Assembly (NCBI GenBank): GCA_963825135.1
Contig: CAWGRW010000009.1
Span: 2,723,248 to 2,787,247, forward strand
Source: an uncultured bacterium
GTDB taxonomy: Bacteria; Desulfobacterota_D; UBA1144; Nemesobacterales; UBA2774
Length of the DNA stretch: 64,000 nucleotides
Reading direction: 5' to 3'
The first letter of the stretch is position 1. Every line of letters starts with the position of its first letter. The notes beneath the pieces are model-generated. The model ran no database searches. It saw only the letters and a program-made list of their open reading frames with translations, and had not been told where the DNA came from. Below are positions 29,706 to 41,800 of the stretch, in pieces. The translations under genes and the position numbers were made by a program.

Positions 29706-29946
29706 ACCCGGGGAAATTGTGTGTGTGGATAATAACAAGCTCAAGTGTTCCGTTTCATACTAAATCCTGTTTTTTTATTTGATATTCAAATTCAATTCTC
29801 AAACTAAACCGCTGCGATCATAGTGTAAAAATCGGGATTCTCGCAGAATGGCATGGCCCTTGCCCCCATTAACGACGAATGCCTGAGGCCAAGGCAGGTT
29901 GTTGATATACGGCGATAATGATTTATACGCGAAAAAAATATAGGAG

Positions 29947-30282
29947 GTGATTGACATGAGGAAGTCAATTATTTTCGGTTTAGCAGCACTGTCGTCAGCC
30001 TTCCTGTTTTCCGCAGACAACTCGTATGCGGACAGAGACGCAACCCCTTATGAAGCCGCCGCGGTTTACGGCGCTTTAAAAACACAGGGTTGCACTGTGG
30101 CGGATGACGTAGAAGTCGAACCTTTCGCCGGTATGTATAGGGGGACCGGTGCGTATAGATACGGCGAATCCGGCTATATGGTTCCGGGTATTTATACAAC
30201 GGAAGCAATTTGCGATGACGGGGAGAGGTACGACATAAAGATGGATTCGCAGTTAAATATCATATCGATGAAAGTAGATTAA
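29947..30282 (+). CDS. Secreted PepSY-like protein
   Basis: AGGAGG RBS, signal peptide, AL..QG....VE...Y..EA.C.DG..YDI.MD. Confidence 0.6.
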   Translation: MIDMRKSIIFGLAALSSAFLFSADNSYADRDATPYEAAAVYGALKTQGCTVADDVEVEPFAGMYRGTGAYRYGESGYMVPGIYTTEAICDDGERYDIKMDSQLNIISMKVD

Positions 30283-30326
30283 CTCTTTACTACTTAAATC
30301 GATGAATCCAGGTTCGTGAATACACT

Positions 30327-30363
30327 GGAATGCCCGGGTATCATCCCGGGCATTCCCATTTTT
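30327..30363 (+). terminator. Rho-independent terminator
   Basis: ggaatgcccggg-tatcat-cccgggcattcc followed by a T-run. Confidence 0.75.
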
Positions 30364-30401
30364 AAGGAAAAGAGACAGAAGAAAAACAAGGAGAAGAGAA
30401 A

Positions 30402-30689
30402 ATGAAAAAAATATTGATTTCTGTCTTAATAATATTGGCTTTCATTATTGCCGTACCAACCGCAAGTATGGCCGGCAATCATTACGGTAACCGTAATCAT
30501 CACAACGGGTACTACTATAATAATGGTCCTTATGTCAACGGGAATTTCTATTACAGACCCTATTATCCGAATCCGTATGTGTACTATGCGCCTCCCCCTC
30601 CTGTCGTGTACTACGCACCGGCGCCCTATCCCGTTCCATATTATCCACCGGTCAGCGGCAGTTTAATCTTCGGAATAAATTTTCATTAA
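30402..30689 (+). CDS. Small secreted Tyr/Pro/Asn-rich protein
   Basis: Signal peptide; low-complexity YYAPPPP region; ends in GINFH. Confidence 0.7.
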   Translation: MKKILISVLIILAFIIAVPTASMAGNHYGNRNHHNGYYYNNGPYVNGNFYYRPYYPNPYVYYAPPPPVVYYAPAPYPVPYYPPVSGSLIFGINFH

Positions 30690-30828
30690 AGGATTTCAGC
30701 ACGAATTGAAAAGTAGATTATCCAGCTCATCTTTGCACCCGGGGGGTGGTTCCGAACCGGAACCACACCGGAGCCTGCACGGGAATTTCCACGGACCCGC
30801 TGCCGATCGGCGGCAATCCGCCCCCCTA

Positions 30829-31548
30829 TCACCCGAGTATCTCCTCAATCACCGAGGAGAGGTCGAGGAGCGCCTTGCCGCAGTCCCCCTTGAACGAGGA
30901 GCCGTGCATTATGGCGAGCGTCTTCGTATCGAGGGCGGCGAGCTTCCCGAATATGCCGTTCATCTGCGGGGTGTAGGGTATGTAGTAAGCGAAGGGGCTC
31001 TGCTGCATGTTGCGGAGCGAATCGGCCGCGCGCCCGACGACGTCAGATTCCGTGAGCGGCTCCACCTCGCCAAAGTGCGTGAAGAGGTCCGAGCAGAAGA
31101 GCGTCCCGCCCGTCTCCTCGAAGAATACCCCCGCGTCCCAGCCGTGAGGCAGGTGGGCGGTCGAGCAGAACCTGAACGTCCGTCTGCCCGTCGTGAGCGT
31201 CTCGCCGTCGTTCATGCCCCTCGCCGGGCGCTTTGCGAAGTCGTTCACGCTCACGAGCGCTCCAAGCTCCGAGCAGACAGCCTCCGCGCGGGGCGCAATA
31301 TCGAGCCACCTGTTGAGAGAGCCGCACTCGTCGGACTCGAAGTGGCTGAACCCCACCCAGCGGATGCTCTCCGGCTTGATTATTTTCGATACCCCTTCTT
31401 TGATATCGTCGAACATGGAATTGAGACCCGAATGAAAGAGCATAGGCTCGTCGTCTTTAATGAGAAAGTGGTTGAACTGGAGACCTATTTCCTTATAGGT
31501 TACGGAAATGCGGTACACGCCGTCGGCTATCTCGTCTATCTGCGGCAT
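30829..31548 (-). CDS. MBL-fold di-iron protein (FprA N-domain/ODP-like)
   Basis: SHFESDECG, HLPHGWD, TLFCSDLF, MHGS. Confidence 0.85.
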   Translation of the reverse strand: MPQIDEIADGVYRISVTYKEIGLQFNHFLIKDDEPMLFHSGLNSMFDDIKEGVSKIIKPESIRWVGFSHFESDECGSLNRWLDIAPRAEAVCSELGALVSVNDFAKRPARGMNDGETLTTGRRTFRFCSTAHLPHGWDAGVFFEETGGTLFCSDLFTHFGEVEPLTESDVVGRAADSLRNMQQSPFAYYIPYTPQMNGIFGKLAALDTKTLAIMHGSSFKGDCGKALLDLSSVIEEILG

Positions 31549-31758
31549 CTATACGTCCCTCCTTTTGAATGGCGCGGTGTTGACCGGTGTCGTTATGCCG
31601 AAAAAGGGCTCCGGTATGCCCGGAGGTATAGAATAAATCATGGAATGCGGATTTTGAATAAGAATTAAAAAATGACGGGAAAATTTCGGAAAATACTCAA
31701 GTGAACGGCGTCCCGGAATGCTAACCGGGACGCCGGTTTATGCCTTAGTCGTGAATAC

Positions 31759-32109
31759 CTATCTTTTCCTGCCGCCCCCGCCTCCGCCTCCGTAGCCGCC
31801 GCCGTAACCACCACCACCGCCTCCGCCGCCGCCATATCCGCCTCCGCCGCCGCTCCGTCCGCCGCCGGGCTTGCCGGTGTTCTTGCGGGCCTCGTTAACC
31901 TTGAGCGCGCGGCCCTTGAATTCATAGCCGTCGAGCGCGTCCTTGGCCTTCTCCGCCTCGAGCTGTGTGCCCATTTCGGCGAACCCGAACCCCTTGTCGC
32001 CTATAACGCGGACGTCCGAAACCGTGCCGTACTGCGACAGAAGCTCCGTAATTTCCTCAACCGTCGTATTGTAGGTCAGGTTCCCTATATAAAGTTTCTT
32101 ACCTTGCAT
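31759..32109 (-). CDS. RRM RNA-binding protein with Gly-rich tail
   Basis: LYIGNL (RNP2), KGFGFAEM (RNP1), GR.LKVNEAR. Confidence 0.92.
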   Translation of the reverse strand: MQGKKLYIGNLTYNTTVEEITELLSQYGTVSDVRVIGDKGFGFAEMGTQLEAEKAKDALDGYEFKGRALKVNEARKNTGKPGGGRSGGGGGYGGGGGGGGGYGGGYGGGGGGGRKR

Positions 32110-32393
32110 TCGCTGCTCCTTTTGTAAATCGATTTGGTTCATCAAGCCTTACAGAGGCGGATGCAAGAAATCCGTAAAAACCTCCCCCACAATAACTTGT
32201 GACACGATTATTATACACAATCGAATACCATAAAAATACAGTCAACCGAGGCTGACGTAACCGCCCCGTTTCAAAGAAAAGAATGGGATCAGGGGAATAA
32301 CCCGGTCCGTATTATTCCGTAGAACAGCCCGCACTACCCCCGGGCTTCAAACAAGGAGCCTTGCCGACAGGTCTTCGACGAGATTATCAATGC

Positions 32394-32873
32394 TCAGCAT
32401 GGAGTGGGGGGTTCCTTCCAGCCGGTCGCCGCCAGGGTATTGCCGTAGGAGAACGCGTCCGAGCCCGCCCGCCAGCCTATCGTCAGCTTCCTCGTCGTCT
32501 TATCCTCTCCGACCGTGCGTATGGAGCACGACCTGGTGAACCGGTTTATCTGGTTGAACCCTCTCCGGTTTACGAACGTCTTTAACTCCCAGCCCTTCTT
32601 CGAGGCCTTGCGCCCCACTTCGTCCATCGCGGGCTCGACGACGTCTTTCCATAGCTTGTCCACCATGATGAACACGCCGCGGTCGAAATTAAGGACGTCC
32701 GATTTGTGAATGTAGTTCCTGACCGTTACGTCTACGAGCCTTTCGGTCTCTTTCAAGGTATTGCCGGTCATTTTGAGGTACGGGAGATCGGGGCATGAAG
32801 CGGAATAACCGATTTCAGTCTTTGTGAAGATCGCTAGATATTTACCGCATATGAGTTTGGCTTTGATATACAT
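32394..32873 (-). CDS. Protein with N-terminal HicB-like domain and unknown C-terminal domain
   Basis: YLAIF.KTE.GYSASCPDLP.....G.TL.E pattern; start uncertain. Confidence 0.55.
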   Translation of the reverse strand: MYIKAKLICGKYLAIFTKTEIGYSASCPDLPYLKMTGNTLKETERLVDVTVRNYIHKSDVLNFDRGVFIMVDKLWKDVVEPAMDEVGRKASKKGWELKTFVNRRGFNQINRFTRSCSIRTVGEDKTTRKLTIGWRAGSDAFSYGNTLAATGWKEPPTPC

Positions 32874-33117
32874 AGAGTACACTGCCCGGGGCCCGATAGC
32901 AAAGCGCGTGAGGAAATAGGGTGAGAACCGGGGCCGGGAAGCGCGGGGAGCGGGACTAAACATGTACTGGAATCAGACACTATATATCAGCGTGGATTCG
33001 CGTTCCCGAATATTCTCCAATGTTTATGGAGCGGCCCGCGATTGGCATATCGCTTGCACATATATTCCCGCAGTGCACAGGCTGTTACAGCTAAAATCTC
33101 ATGGGGAGGTGAGTCGT

Positions 33118-33543
33118 ATGAGTTTGGGACATATATGCAGGAGAGACGTAATCACGGTCGGTCCGGGGACGACCGTGAGCGAGGTTACGAGAATAATGGA
33201 GGACAAGAACGTCGGGAGCGTCATCGTCACCGGCAGTGGCGGCGAGTTCGGCATCGTGACCGACAGGGACATCGCCCTGAGGGTGGTGAACAGGTGTCTT
33301 GACCCGGTAAGGACGCCTGTCGAGGAAATAATGACCCGGGACATAGTCCTCACGCTCAGGGAGGACATGGGGCTTCTCGAAGCGCTCGACCTGATAAGAA
33401 AGAGCGCCGTCAGGAGGTTCCCGGTCGTGGACATGGACGGGAAGCTCAAGGGCATCATCACGCTCGACGATATAATCAGGCTCCTCGGCAGGGAGATCGC
33501 CGACGTGGCGAGCGTCATAGAGAACGAAGGGCCTACATTCTGA
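33118..33543 (+). CDS. CBS domain pair protein
   Basis: GIVTDRDI, VRRFPVVD...L.GIITLDD; GGAGG RBS. Confidence 0.92.
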   Translation: MSLGHICRRDVITVGPGTTVSEVTRIMEDKNVGSVIVTGSGGEFGIVTDRDIALRVVNRCLDPVRTPVEEIMTRDIVLTLREDMGLLEALDLIRKSAVRRFPVVDMDGKLKGIITLDDIIRLLGREIADVASVIENEGPTF

Positions 33544-33589
33544 AAACACTGCTTGTGGACGAGCGGTTGGGGATATACTTAGTGTCAAC

Positions 33590-33853
33590 ATGACGGATAT
33601 AAATAAAGCGATGCTCGACCCGACGAGCGTGTTCAGGGCCCCCGAAGACGTGCTAAAGGCGGGCGACATAACGAGAGAGCAGAAGATAGAGATACTCCGC
33701 AGATGGGAGTACGACGCGAGGGAGCTCGAGGTCGCGGACGACGAAAGCATGACCGGAGGCGGAAGCGACCTCCTTGAGAGGGTGCTCGAATCCCTTAGTG
33801 CGCTCGGATACGTGCCCGACCCCGACAGGGAACCGCCCACGAGGCAGGGCTGA
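33590..33853 (+). CDS. Conserved hypothetical protein, 87 aa
   Basis: A.LDP..VF..P.DVL....QKIEILRRWEYDA..L.VA..E.M. Confidence 0.7.
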   Translation: MTDINKAMLDPTSVFRAPEDVLKAGDITREQKIEILRRWEYDARELEVADDESMTGGGSDLLERVLESLSALGYVPDPDREPPTRQG

Positions 33854-33859
33854 CAGGCG

Positions 33860-35042
33860 TCAGGCGATTTCGTACCGCCCGTCGATTATCTTCTTCCACA
33901 TACCGGGCATCTCGCGGAGCATGCGCCGGGCCGTGTCCCTTATCGACCCGGTATCGACCCCTTCTCCGGCAAATTTAATATCGAGAAGCCGGGGCTCGTT
34001 TATGGGGCTCCCTATTCGTGAAACCAGAAAGGCCGAGGCCTCCGGGGCCAGGCCCGATTCCACTATGCTCCTGCGAGAGCTCTCCGGCGAAGAGGTTATA
34101 GAGCTTGCCCACGTGGCTCACGGGGTTCTTCCCGGCGGCAGCCTCGAGCGTCATGGGCCTGTAAGGGGTAATGAGCCCGTTGACCCTGTTCCCCCTGCCG
34201 ACCTGCCCGTCGTCCCCCTGCTCGGCGCTCGTGCCCGTGACCGTGATGTACACGCTCCCCTTTTCGTAGTCGTCCGCCGCGTTGATAACGACCCCCGCCC
34301 CGCGCGCCCATTCCTGCCCCGATAAGGCGCGCCTCACGGCCTCCACCTTGTCCGCGTAATCCCCGACCGATGAGACGTACCTGTCCACAACGGCCATGGC
34401 CGCGGTGAGCGTTATCGCGTCCCCCCTCCTAATGCCCATAATCTTCACGTCCTCGCCGATGAAGGGGAATTCCCTCTTGGCCGCGGGGCCGTTCAGGTAT
34501 CTCTCCGCCAGATATACCGTTCGTTCGAGCCTGTCGAGGGGGTAAAAACCCGTCCCGACCGAGGTATCGTTCGATAGCGGGACTTCGCCTGCGCCGAACC
34601 TCTCGAAGAGCTCCACGAGGTCCCTGCTCCCGGGCCTTATCCTGACGTCTATTTTTACGTGCGCATCGACGTCCAGGTGTCTGAGGGTCTCGGCAATCAC
34701 GCGCCTCGCGGCCCCGATTGAAATCTCGTCGACCGGGAGAGCCCTGCCCTTGTGCGTCTTGACCGCGCGCCCCGCCACTATCACCTCGAAGGGCTTTACG
34801 ACGCTCCCCCCTCCGAAAGACGGCTCCGATTCGCCGCCCACGAGGAGGGCCTTGTCCACGTTATGGTGCATGACGCAGCCGAATTCGGAGAGGTAATACT
34901 CCGACAGGGCCCTCGATATGCCCTCGGCTATGAGGTCGCAGAGCGTGTCCGGGTGTCCCGACCCCTTCCTTTCCACGGCCTCGGCCGGAAGCTCCCCCGC
35001 AAGGGGCCTCGCGAGCGGGCCTATTAGGATGTCGTCTTTCAT
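33860..35042 (-). pseudogene. mat: Archaeal-type S-adenosylmethionine synthetase, +1 frameshift near 34084
   Basis: [69 protein letters not shown]-terminus in ORF 33860-34063. Confidence 0.88.
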
Positions 35043-35371
35043 GCGGCGAGCCTCCGAAGGGAGAATATTACCACAGGGGGGCGGCCCATAGGGACGATGC
35101 GCCCGATGAATGTCGTATGCATTAAAAAAGGACAGGCGTGTCGCGGCCGCTGATACAGCGCGCCCCGGAATTGCCGTAATTTCTAACTCCCGTGCCTTTA
35201 TAATAGGCATTCGAGGACGGGCGGGGCGGGAAACAGGATGCGCCAACCGCCTCGCGCCCGTTATTTAATCCGCTTTTTAGCCCGGACGCTGCCGAATGGC
35301 ACCATACTTGCAAATACGTCAATCGAGAGAGGGACATTCCGTGTTAAATCCATAATCAAAGGAGCCGGGGT

Positions 35372-36097
35372 ATGGAACCGGTATCGATAATATTATTGTT
35401 TTCGACCTTCCTCTTCATCGCGGCGGCGGTCAATTCACCGGACGCCGAGAGCGTATATAGACATAGACGCATCGACATGGTCGAGGAGCAGATCGCCTCG
35501 AGAGGGGTGTCCCTGCCCGGGGTCCTCAGTGCGATGTGCGCCGTACCCAGACATAAATTCATTCCCGAATACCTTACCGAGCTGGCCTACAAAGACGCCC
35601 CTCTGCCCATAGGGATGGGTCAGACCATCTCTCAGCCCTATATAGTTGCGCTCATGACGGAGCTTCTCGCGCCGGAGAAGGGTCAGAAGGTGCTGGAGAT
35701 AGGGACGGGCTCGGGATACCAGGCGGCGGTCCTCGCCGAGATGGGGGCCGAGGTCTATACGGTGGAAATACTGGAGCCGCTCTCGCTTTTCTCAAGGAGC
35801 GTCATCAACGGGCTCGGATATACGAACGTGCACTTCAGAACGGGGGACGGCTACCTCGGGTGGGAGGACCACGCGCCCTATGACGGAATCATCGTGACCG
35901 CGGCCCCGGAGGAAATACCCGAGCCCCTCAAAGACCAGCTCAGGGAAGGGGGCAGGATGGTGATACCCCTCGGCGACGAAATGCAGGAGCTGCTCCTGCT
36001 CACGAAGGGGAAGGACGGGTTCGACGAGGAAAGAATCGCTCCGGTCAGGTTCGTGCCGATGACCGGGGAGGCCGAAAAGCACAAAGAACCCGGCTGA
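35372..36097 (+). CDS. pcm: Protein-L-isoaspartate O-methyltransferase
   Basis: VPRH.F, GQTISQPYIVA, VLEIGTGSGYQAA, APYD.IIVTAA, VRFVP. Confidence 0.95.
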   Translation: MEPVSIILLFSTFLFIAAAVNSPDAESVYRHRRIDMVEEQIASRGVSLPGVLSAMCAVPRHKFIPEYLTELAYKDAPLPIGMGQTISQPYIVALMTELLAPEKGQKVLEIGTGSGYQAAVLAEMGAEVYTVEILEPLSLFSRSVINGLGYTNVHFRTGDGYLGWEDHAPYDGIIVTAAPEEIPEPLKDQLREGGRMVIPLGDEMQELLLLTKGKDGFDEERIAPVRFVPMTGEAEKHKEPG

Positions 36098-36437
36098 ACA
36101 TCCCCCCGCGTAAACCATTCCCCGTCAATCCCGGCGGTACGCAATCAAATACATCCCGGCCGCCGGATTACACCTCCTCACCGGCAACCTCCCGGGAGAA
36201 AGCCCCGACTGACTTTCCGGGACGGAATATCCCGGGATTCCGGGCGGTTCCAGCCCGTGCGCATCCCGCGTTTTTATTAATGCCGAATATGTGAATACTG
36301 AAACCACTCCGGCAACAACCGCCGTATAATTAGATTCATCAAAGCTACCCGGCGCCGATTGCCGGCACGGGACGCGCATTACCGTTATTTGTATTCGCGA
36401 AATTACGGCACAGGCCTGACGGACGACGGATGATTTA

Positions 36438-37379
36438 ATGATAATGAGACAAAGCGCACTAACGGGCATTTTCAAAAGACTGCCGGAACGCGCCTCCCAG
36501 GACGTTCTGGATACGCTTTCCGAGAACATAGCGGTCCTCGACGCCAGGGGCGTGATTACCGCCGTAAACAGCTCATGGAAGAGGTTCCCTTCGGAGAACG
36601 GGGGAAACGCCCTCGACCGGGGGGCTATAGGCGAGAACTACATCAGGGGGTTCAGGGACGCCTTCGGCGGGGACGCGAAGTTTGTCCGGGCGGGCCGCGA
36701 GATAGGCTCCGTGCTCACGGGCAAAAAAGAGAGGTTCTCTATCGAGTACCCGTGTCACCGGAAGCACCAGAAACGGTGGTTCAGGCTTACCGTGACGCCG
36801 CTCAGGAAAAGGGGGGGAGTCTCGGGCGCCGTCGTGTCGCACGCCGACGTGACGAGGAGAAAGCTTGCGGAGATCCAGACCAGGAGGCTCGCGGTAATTG
36901 ACCCCATGACCGGGATCATGAACAGAAAGTCCGGTCTCGAATACCTGAAGAAGCAGATTAAGAGTTGCAGGAGGCGCAAACGGAGCCTCGCCCTCTGCTA
37001 TATAGACCTCGACAACCTGAAATTCGTAAACGACAACTACGGGCACAGCGAGGGGGACAAGACCATACGCTCCGCCGTAAAGATGCTGAAGAAAGTCCTC
37101 CGTCCCTCGGATACGATCTGCAGGCTCGGGGGGGACGAGATACTGCTCGTGCTCCCGGGAAATACGATTGACGAAAGCCGGCCAGTGGTGGAAAGGATCA
37201 TGGAAAAAATAGCGCTCAGGAACGAGAAATCGCGTATCCCGTGGAAGATGGATTTCAGCTACGGCCTCGCGGAGTATACCCCGGGCAGGAAGTGCAGCGC
37301 AGACGAGCTGGTGGATACGGCCGACAGAGACATGTACGTAATGAAAATGTCAAAGAGATACAAGAAGGGGGTTAATTAG
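36438..37379 (+). CDS. PAS-GGDEF diguanylate cyclase
   Basis: PAS; DPMTG..NR, D.DNLK.VND.YGH..GD, RxxD I-site, GGDEI. Confidence 0.9.
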   Translation: MIMRQSALTGIFKRLPERASQDVLDTLSENIAVLDARGVITAVNSSWKRFPSENGGNALDRGAIGENYIRGFRDAFGGDAKFVRAGREIGSVLTGKKERFSIEYPCHRKHQKRWFRLTVTPLRKRGGVSGAVVSHADVTRRKLAEIQTRRLAVIDPMTGIMNRKSGLEYLKKQIKSCRRRKRSLALCYIDLDNLKFVNDNYGHSEGDKTIRSAVKMLKKVLRPSDTICRLGGDEILLVLPGNTIDESRPVVERIMEKIALRNEKSRIPWKMDFSYGLAEYTPGRKCSADELVDTADRDMYVMKMSKRYKKGVN

Positions 37380-37646
37380 CTCTCAATACACGAGAATCAC
37401 TCGGGCATCCCGCCGCACCCGGAACCGGATAAGCCCTGAGCGCAGGCTGAAAGCCCTGCCCGCCGCGGAGAATGATTGGCCGGATACATCCGTCGGAGAC
37501 GGGCGGAGCGTGAGGCCGCGTGACGGTATATCCAGGCTGAACGGAGAATGAAGATTTCGGAATTTTCATCCAAAATACGCTTGGAATACGTATAATATAA
37601 AAAGCGGGGTACTAATTAACAAATAAAACGTATCCGGCGCGGGGCC

Positions 37647-38654
37647 ATGCTGGAAGGTATAACGAACAGGTTTATAAACAGAATCATCAATAATGCCATG
37701 TTAAGAAAAGAGAGAGCCAAGCCTAAAAGAAACGGGAATACGGAGTTCGACACGGTTCTCGCCGTACTCGACTCCCTGCCGGAGCACATAGGCGTGCTCG
37801 ACGGCTCGGGCGTTATAATCGCCGCCAACCGCGCGTGGAGCAGCCAGAGGGGAAAAAACGGCGGGGGCGCCGCGGAGAGGCCGGTCCCGGGGACCAATTA
37901 CCTGAGGATGCTGAAGAAGCACTCGGCGGAGAGCGAGAGATCCGCCCGGTTATGGAAGAACATCGTGTCGGTGCTCGGGGGGAATAAGGACAGGTTCACC
38001 ATGGAGTACACCTCCCACGAAGGCGGGGACAGAAAGTGGTTCCTCCTGTCCGTCACGCCCATGAAATCGGGAGCGCACGTCACGGGGGCGGTCGTCTCCC
38101 ATACGGATATCACCAGGAGAAAGCAGGCGGAACTCGAGACGAAGAGGTACTCGGTGACGGACCCCATGACGGGGATACTCAACAGGAAGGCCGGGCTCGA
38201 GTCCGTCCAGAAGCAGATGAAATTCTGCGAGAGACACGGGTGCAGCTTCACGATCTGCTACATCGACCTCGACAACCTGAAGCGGGTGAACGACAGCTTC
38301 GGCCATAAGGAAGGGGACAGGGTCATCATAGCCTTGGTGAACCTCCTCAGGGGCGCGCTCAGGGAATCAGACGGGATGTGCAGGCTCGGAGGGGACGAGA
38401 TACTCCTCATACTTCAGGAGACCTCGCTCGAGGGCAGCGGCGCAGTGCTCAGGAGGATTCAGGATTCCGTCCACGCGAGGAACTCGAAGAGCTCCAAGCC
38501 CTACAGCATAGAGTTCAGCTACGGACTCGCGGAGTACTCGCTCGGGAGCGAGCTCACGGCCGACGAGCTCGTGGACATTGCGGACAGGAACATGTATAAA
38601 ATGAAGACCGCCAAGAAGGCCGGGAAAGGCGGGAATTATGGAACCCGGTCTTGA
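37647..38654 (+). CDS. PAS-GGDEF diguanylate cyclase (tandem paralog)
   Basis: Same architecture, RESD I-site, GGDEI. Confidence 0.9.
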   Translation: MLEGITNRFINRIINNAMLRKERAKPKRNGNTEFDTVLAVLDSLPEHIGVLDGSGVIIAANRAWSSQRGKNGGGAAERPVPGTNYLRMLKKHSAESERSARLWKNIVSVLGGNKDRFTMEYTSHEGGDRKWFLLSVTPMKSGAHVTGAVVSHTDITRRKQAELETKRYSVTDPMTGILNRKAGLESVQKQMKFCERHGCSFTICYIDLDNLKRVNDSFGHKEGDRVIIALVNLLRGALRESDGMCRLGGDEILLILQETSLEGSGAVLRRIQDSVHARNSKSSKPYSIEFSYGLAEYSLGSELTADELVDIADRNMYKMKTAKKAGKGGNYGTRS

Positions 38655-38842
38655 CAGCGGCAATTTCCGGCCACAAACCGTAAATATCAATACATCCGAA
38701 CATACAGGGTAAATACACAGCCCCGGAAGGGCATGTGCCGCCCCGCTTCTATCCATTCCGCTACGAAATAATAATCCCATACAGGCATATACAAGCATCA
38801 GCGCTCATTTTTGCGTTTTATCCAACCCCTTGCCGGAATCGG

Positions 38843-41800
38843 ATGTATATTTCGAAAGGGGAGGTAATTCATATTGAAGCCGCGTCTCAATTTATTCCAC
38901 ACGATCCCGATCTCCGTATAAGTACAAAAATAAAATATGGAGAAACCGCTATAAAAACAGAAAGTTATTACGGAAAAAAACTTTTTGATTTTATCTCCGC
39001 GTGCGAGCAGTCCGTTGACGATACAAACCGCATACTGGACTGCGTCGATAGTGAAATATACCTCTTCGAGAACCGGTCGCTTTTATTCCTTCATGTAAAC
39101 AGGCCCGCGAGGGAAAACCTCGGGTATTCGTGGGACGAGCTTAAGAGTCTCACGCCTCTGGACCTGATGAGAGACTACACGCCCGAGTCTCTGGCGAACC
39201 TCCTTCGAAAGCTGCATACGGGCGAAGAAGAGACGGCCGCATACTCGACGTTCCATTATAGAAAGGACTGCACGTGTTATCCGGTGGAGGTCAAGCTGAG
39301 AGTGTGGAGCTGGAGCGGCATTCCGGCCTATCTGGCCACAGCCTTAAGCGCTACGGACCGGAGCATAACCGAGGCGCGCCTGAAGACGACTCTCGACGAC
39401 CTGGCGAAGCTCAACCGTTACGAAACCGTAATCAACGTCGTCACCCAGGCGGTGCACAAGACGATAGACCCCCATATGGTAATGGAAAACGCCGTCGACG
39501 CCCTCAGCCGGAACATGGACGCCGTGAACAACATATGCATATATCTCAGGGAAGGCTGGGAGGCCGTCATGCACGCCCACAGGGGATACCCCGAGTGGTT
39601 CGTCGAGAGGGTAAAGACCATTCCGTTCCCGAAGGGATTCACGTGGAAGACGCTCATAGACGGAAGGATGATCTACGTGGCCGATACGGAGAAGGATACG
39701 GTGATCGGACAGGCGGGCAGGGAGCTCGGCACGAAGAGCTATCTGTCTATACCTTTGAAATCGGATGACGAGACCGTCGGGGCGATAGTGATAAACTCGG
39801 ACAAAAAATACGCGTTCGGGCCGGACGAGCTGAGGGTGCTCGAGATCGTATCCCGTCAGATAGAGATCGCCATCCACAACGCGAAATACGCAGAATCACT
39901 GGTGCTTTCGGAAAAAGCCCTTAAAGAAAATATAATGCGCCTGTCCAAAAAGGAAAAATACGAAAGGATCATCAATACGGTCAGCAAGAGCGTCCACAGC
40001 ACGGTAAACCTGAAAGACGTTATGGAGAACGCGGTAAAGACATTGGAAGAGAACATCGAGCATGCCGACTTGGTGCAGATCCACATGGTGGAGGGGGATT
40101 TCGCGGTCCTGCAATCACAGCGGGGAGTCCCTGATTCATTATTGAACGTAGTAAAAAAACTCCCTTACCCGAAAGGACTGACGTGGAAAACTATAATCGA
40201 GGGCAAGACCCGGTTCGTCCCGGACACGGACACCGACACCGCGATAGGACCCGCCGGGAAGGAAGCCGGGATAAAGAGCTACGTCGCCCTGCCCATTAAT
40301 ATCGGGGACAAGACGATCGGATGTATAGGCATTAATTCCTTCGATAAGAACGTCTTCTTTGAAGACGAGCTCAACCTGCTGGAGATCATCAGGGAGCAGA
40401 TGGAGACGGCGATACTCAACGCGAAGCACGTGGAGGCGCTCGTGCTTTCCGAAGAGAGGTACCAGACGCTCACGGAGGTCGCGCCGATAGGGATTTTCCG
40501 CTCCGATACGGAAGGCAGGGGAGTGTACGTGAACAACAAGCTCTGCGAGATCACGGGGATCACGAAGGCGGAGGCGTACAGCGACGGCTGGATAGACAGG
40601 CTCCACCCGGACGACCGCGAGTACGTCGTTTCGAGATGGACCGAAGCGGTCGCCACCCGCCGGGAGTTCAACGAGGAGTACCGGTTCGTCAGCCGGGACG
40701 GAGACACGGTATGGGTTATCGCGCAGGCCCAGGAGGAGAGGGGTATACAGGGAGAGTTCAAGGGTTACGTAGGGACGCTCACCGACATCACGGACCGGAA
40801 GCTCTCGGAGGACAAGATACGTTTTCAGGCCTCCCTCCTGGAGCAGGTAAGGAATTCCGTAATAGCTACAGACCTCGAGGGCAATATCATATACTGGAAT
40901 AAGTACGCCGAAGAGCTCTACCAGTGGAAAGAGGAGGAAGTCCGGGGGATGCACATAATCGAGGCCGTCGTCCCGGAAAGCTCCGAGGGCAAAGTCATGG
41001 ATATAATGAAATCCGCAGCCAGTCCCGGTCACTGGGAGGGGGACCTCGTGGCGAAAAGGAAGGACGGGACCACTTTCCCCGTTTATCTCGTGCTGTCGGC
41101 GATAAAGGACGACAGGGGGAGAGTCTTCGGGCGCGTAGGGGTCGCCGCGGACATTACGGAAAGGAAGATGCTCGAAGCCAGACTGCTGAGGGCGCAGAGG
41201 CTCGAGAGCATCGGCATTCTCGCAGGCGGAATAGCCCACGACCTCAACAATATCCTCCAGCCGATACTGCTGTCCGTACAGCTGCTCAAACCGGGAATCA
41301 GCGGCAAAAAACACGAGAGGGTCCTGAATGTGGTGGAATCGAGCGCCGAGCGTGGGGCCGACCTCATAAAACAGGTGCTGTCGTTCGCGCGGGGCGCGGA
41401 GAGCGCCAAGCAGACGCTCAACATCAAGTATTTGATATCCGACGTTCTTAAAATAATGAAAGAGACCTTCCCGAAATCGATACAGATAAAGACTTATACG
41501 GACGGAGAAATCCGGAACATAACGGGGGACTTCACGCAGCTCCACCAGGTGATGCTAAATATATGTGTGAACGCCAGGGACGCTATGCCGGCAGGCGGAG
41601 ACCTGCTTATATCGACGAGAACCATGACGGCTTCTTACGACGGAACGAGAACGGACTACGACATCGAGCCCGGGGAATATGTCGAGATCACAATCACGGA
41701 TACGGGGTCGGGCATACCGGCCGATGTTATCGACAAGATATTTGATCCGTTTTTTACGACGAAAGAGGTGGACAAGGGGACGGGGCTCGGGCTATCGACC

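Noticed and set aside
31775..31870. (GCC/ACC)n low-complexity tract
   Set aside because: Encodes the Gly-rich tail of the RRM protein.
40139..41545. Long antisense ORFs (also 7304-8263, 17446-18378, 30706-31668)
   Set aside because: Shadow frames of GC-rich genes with clear identity on the opposite strand.
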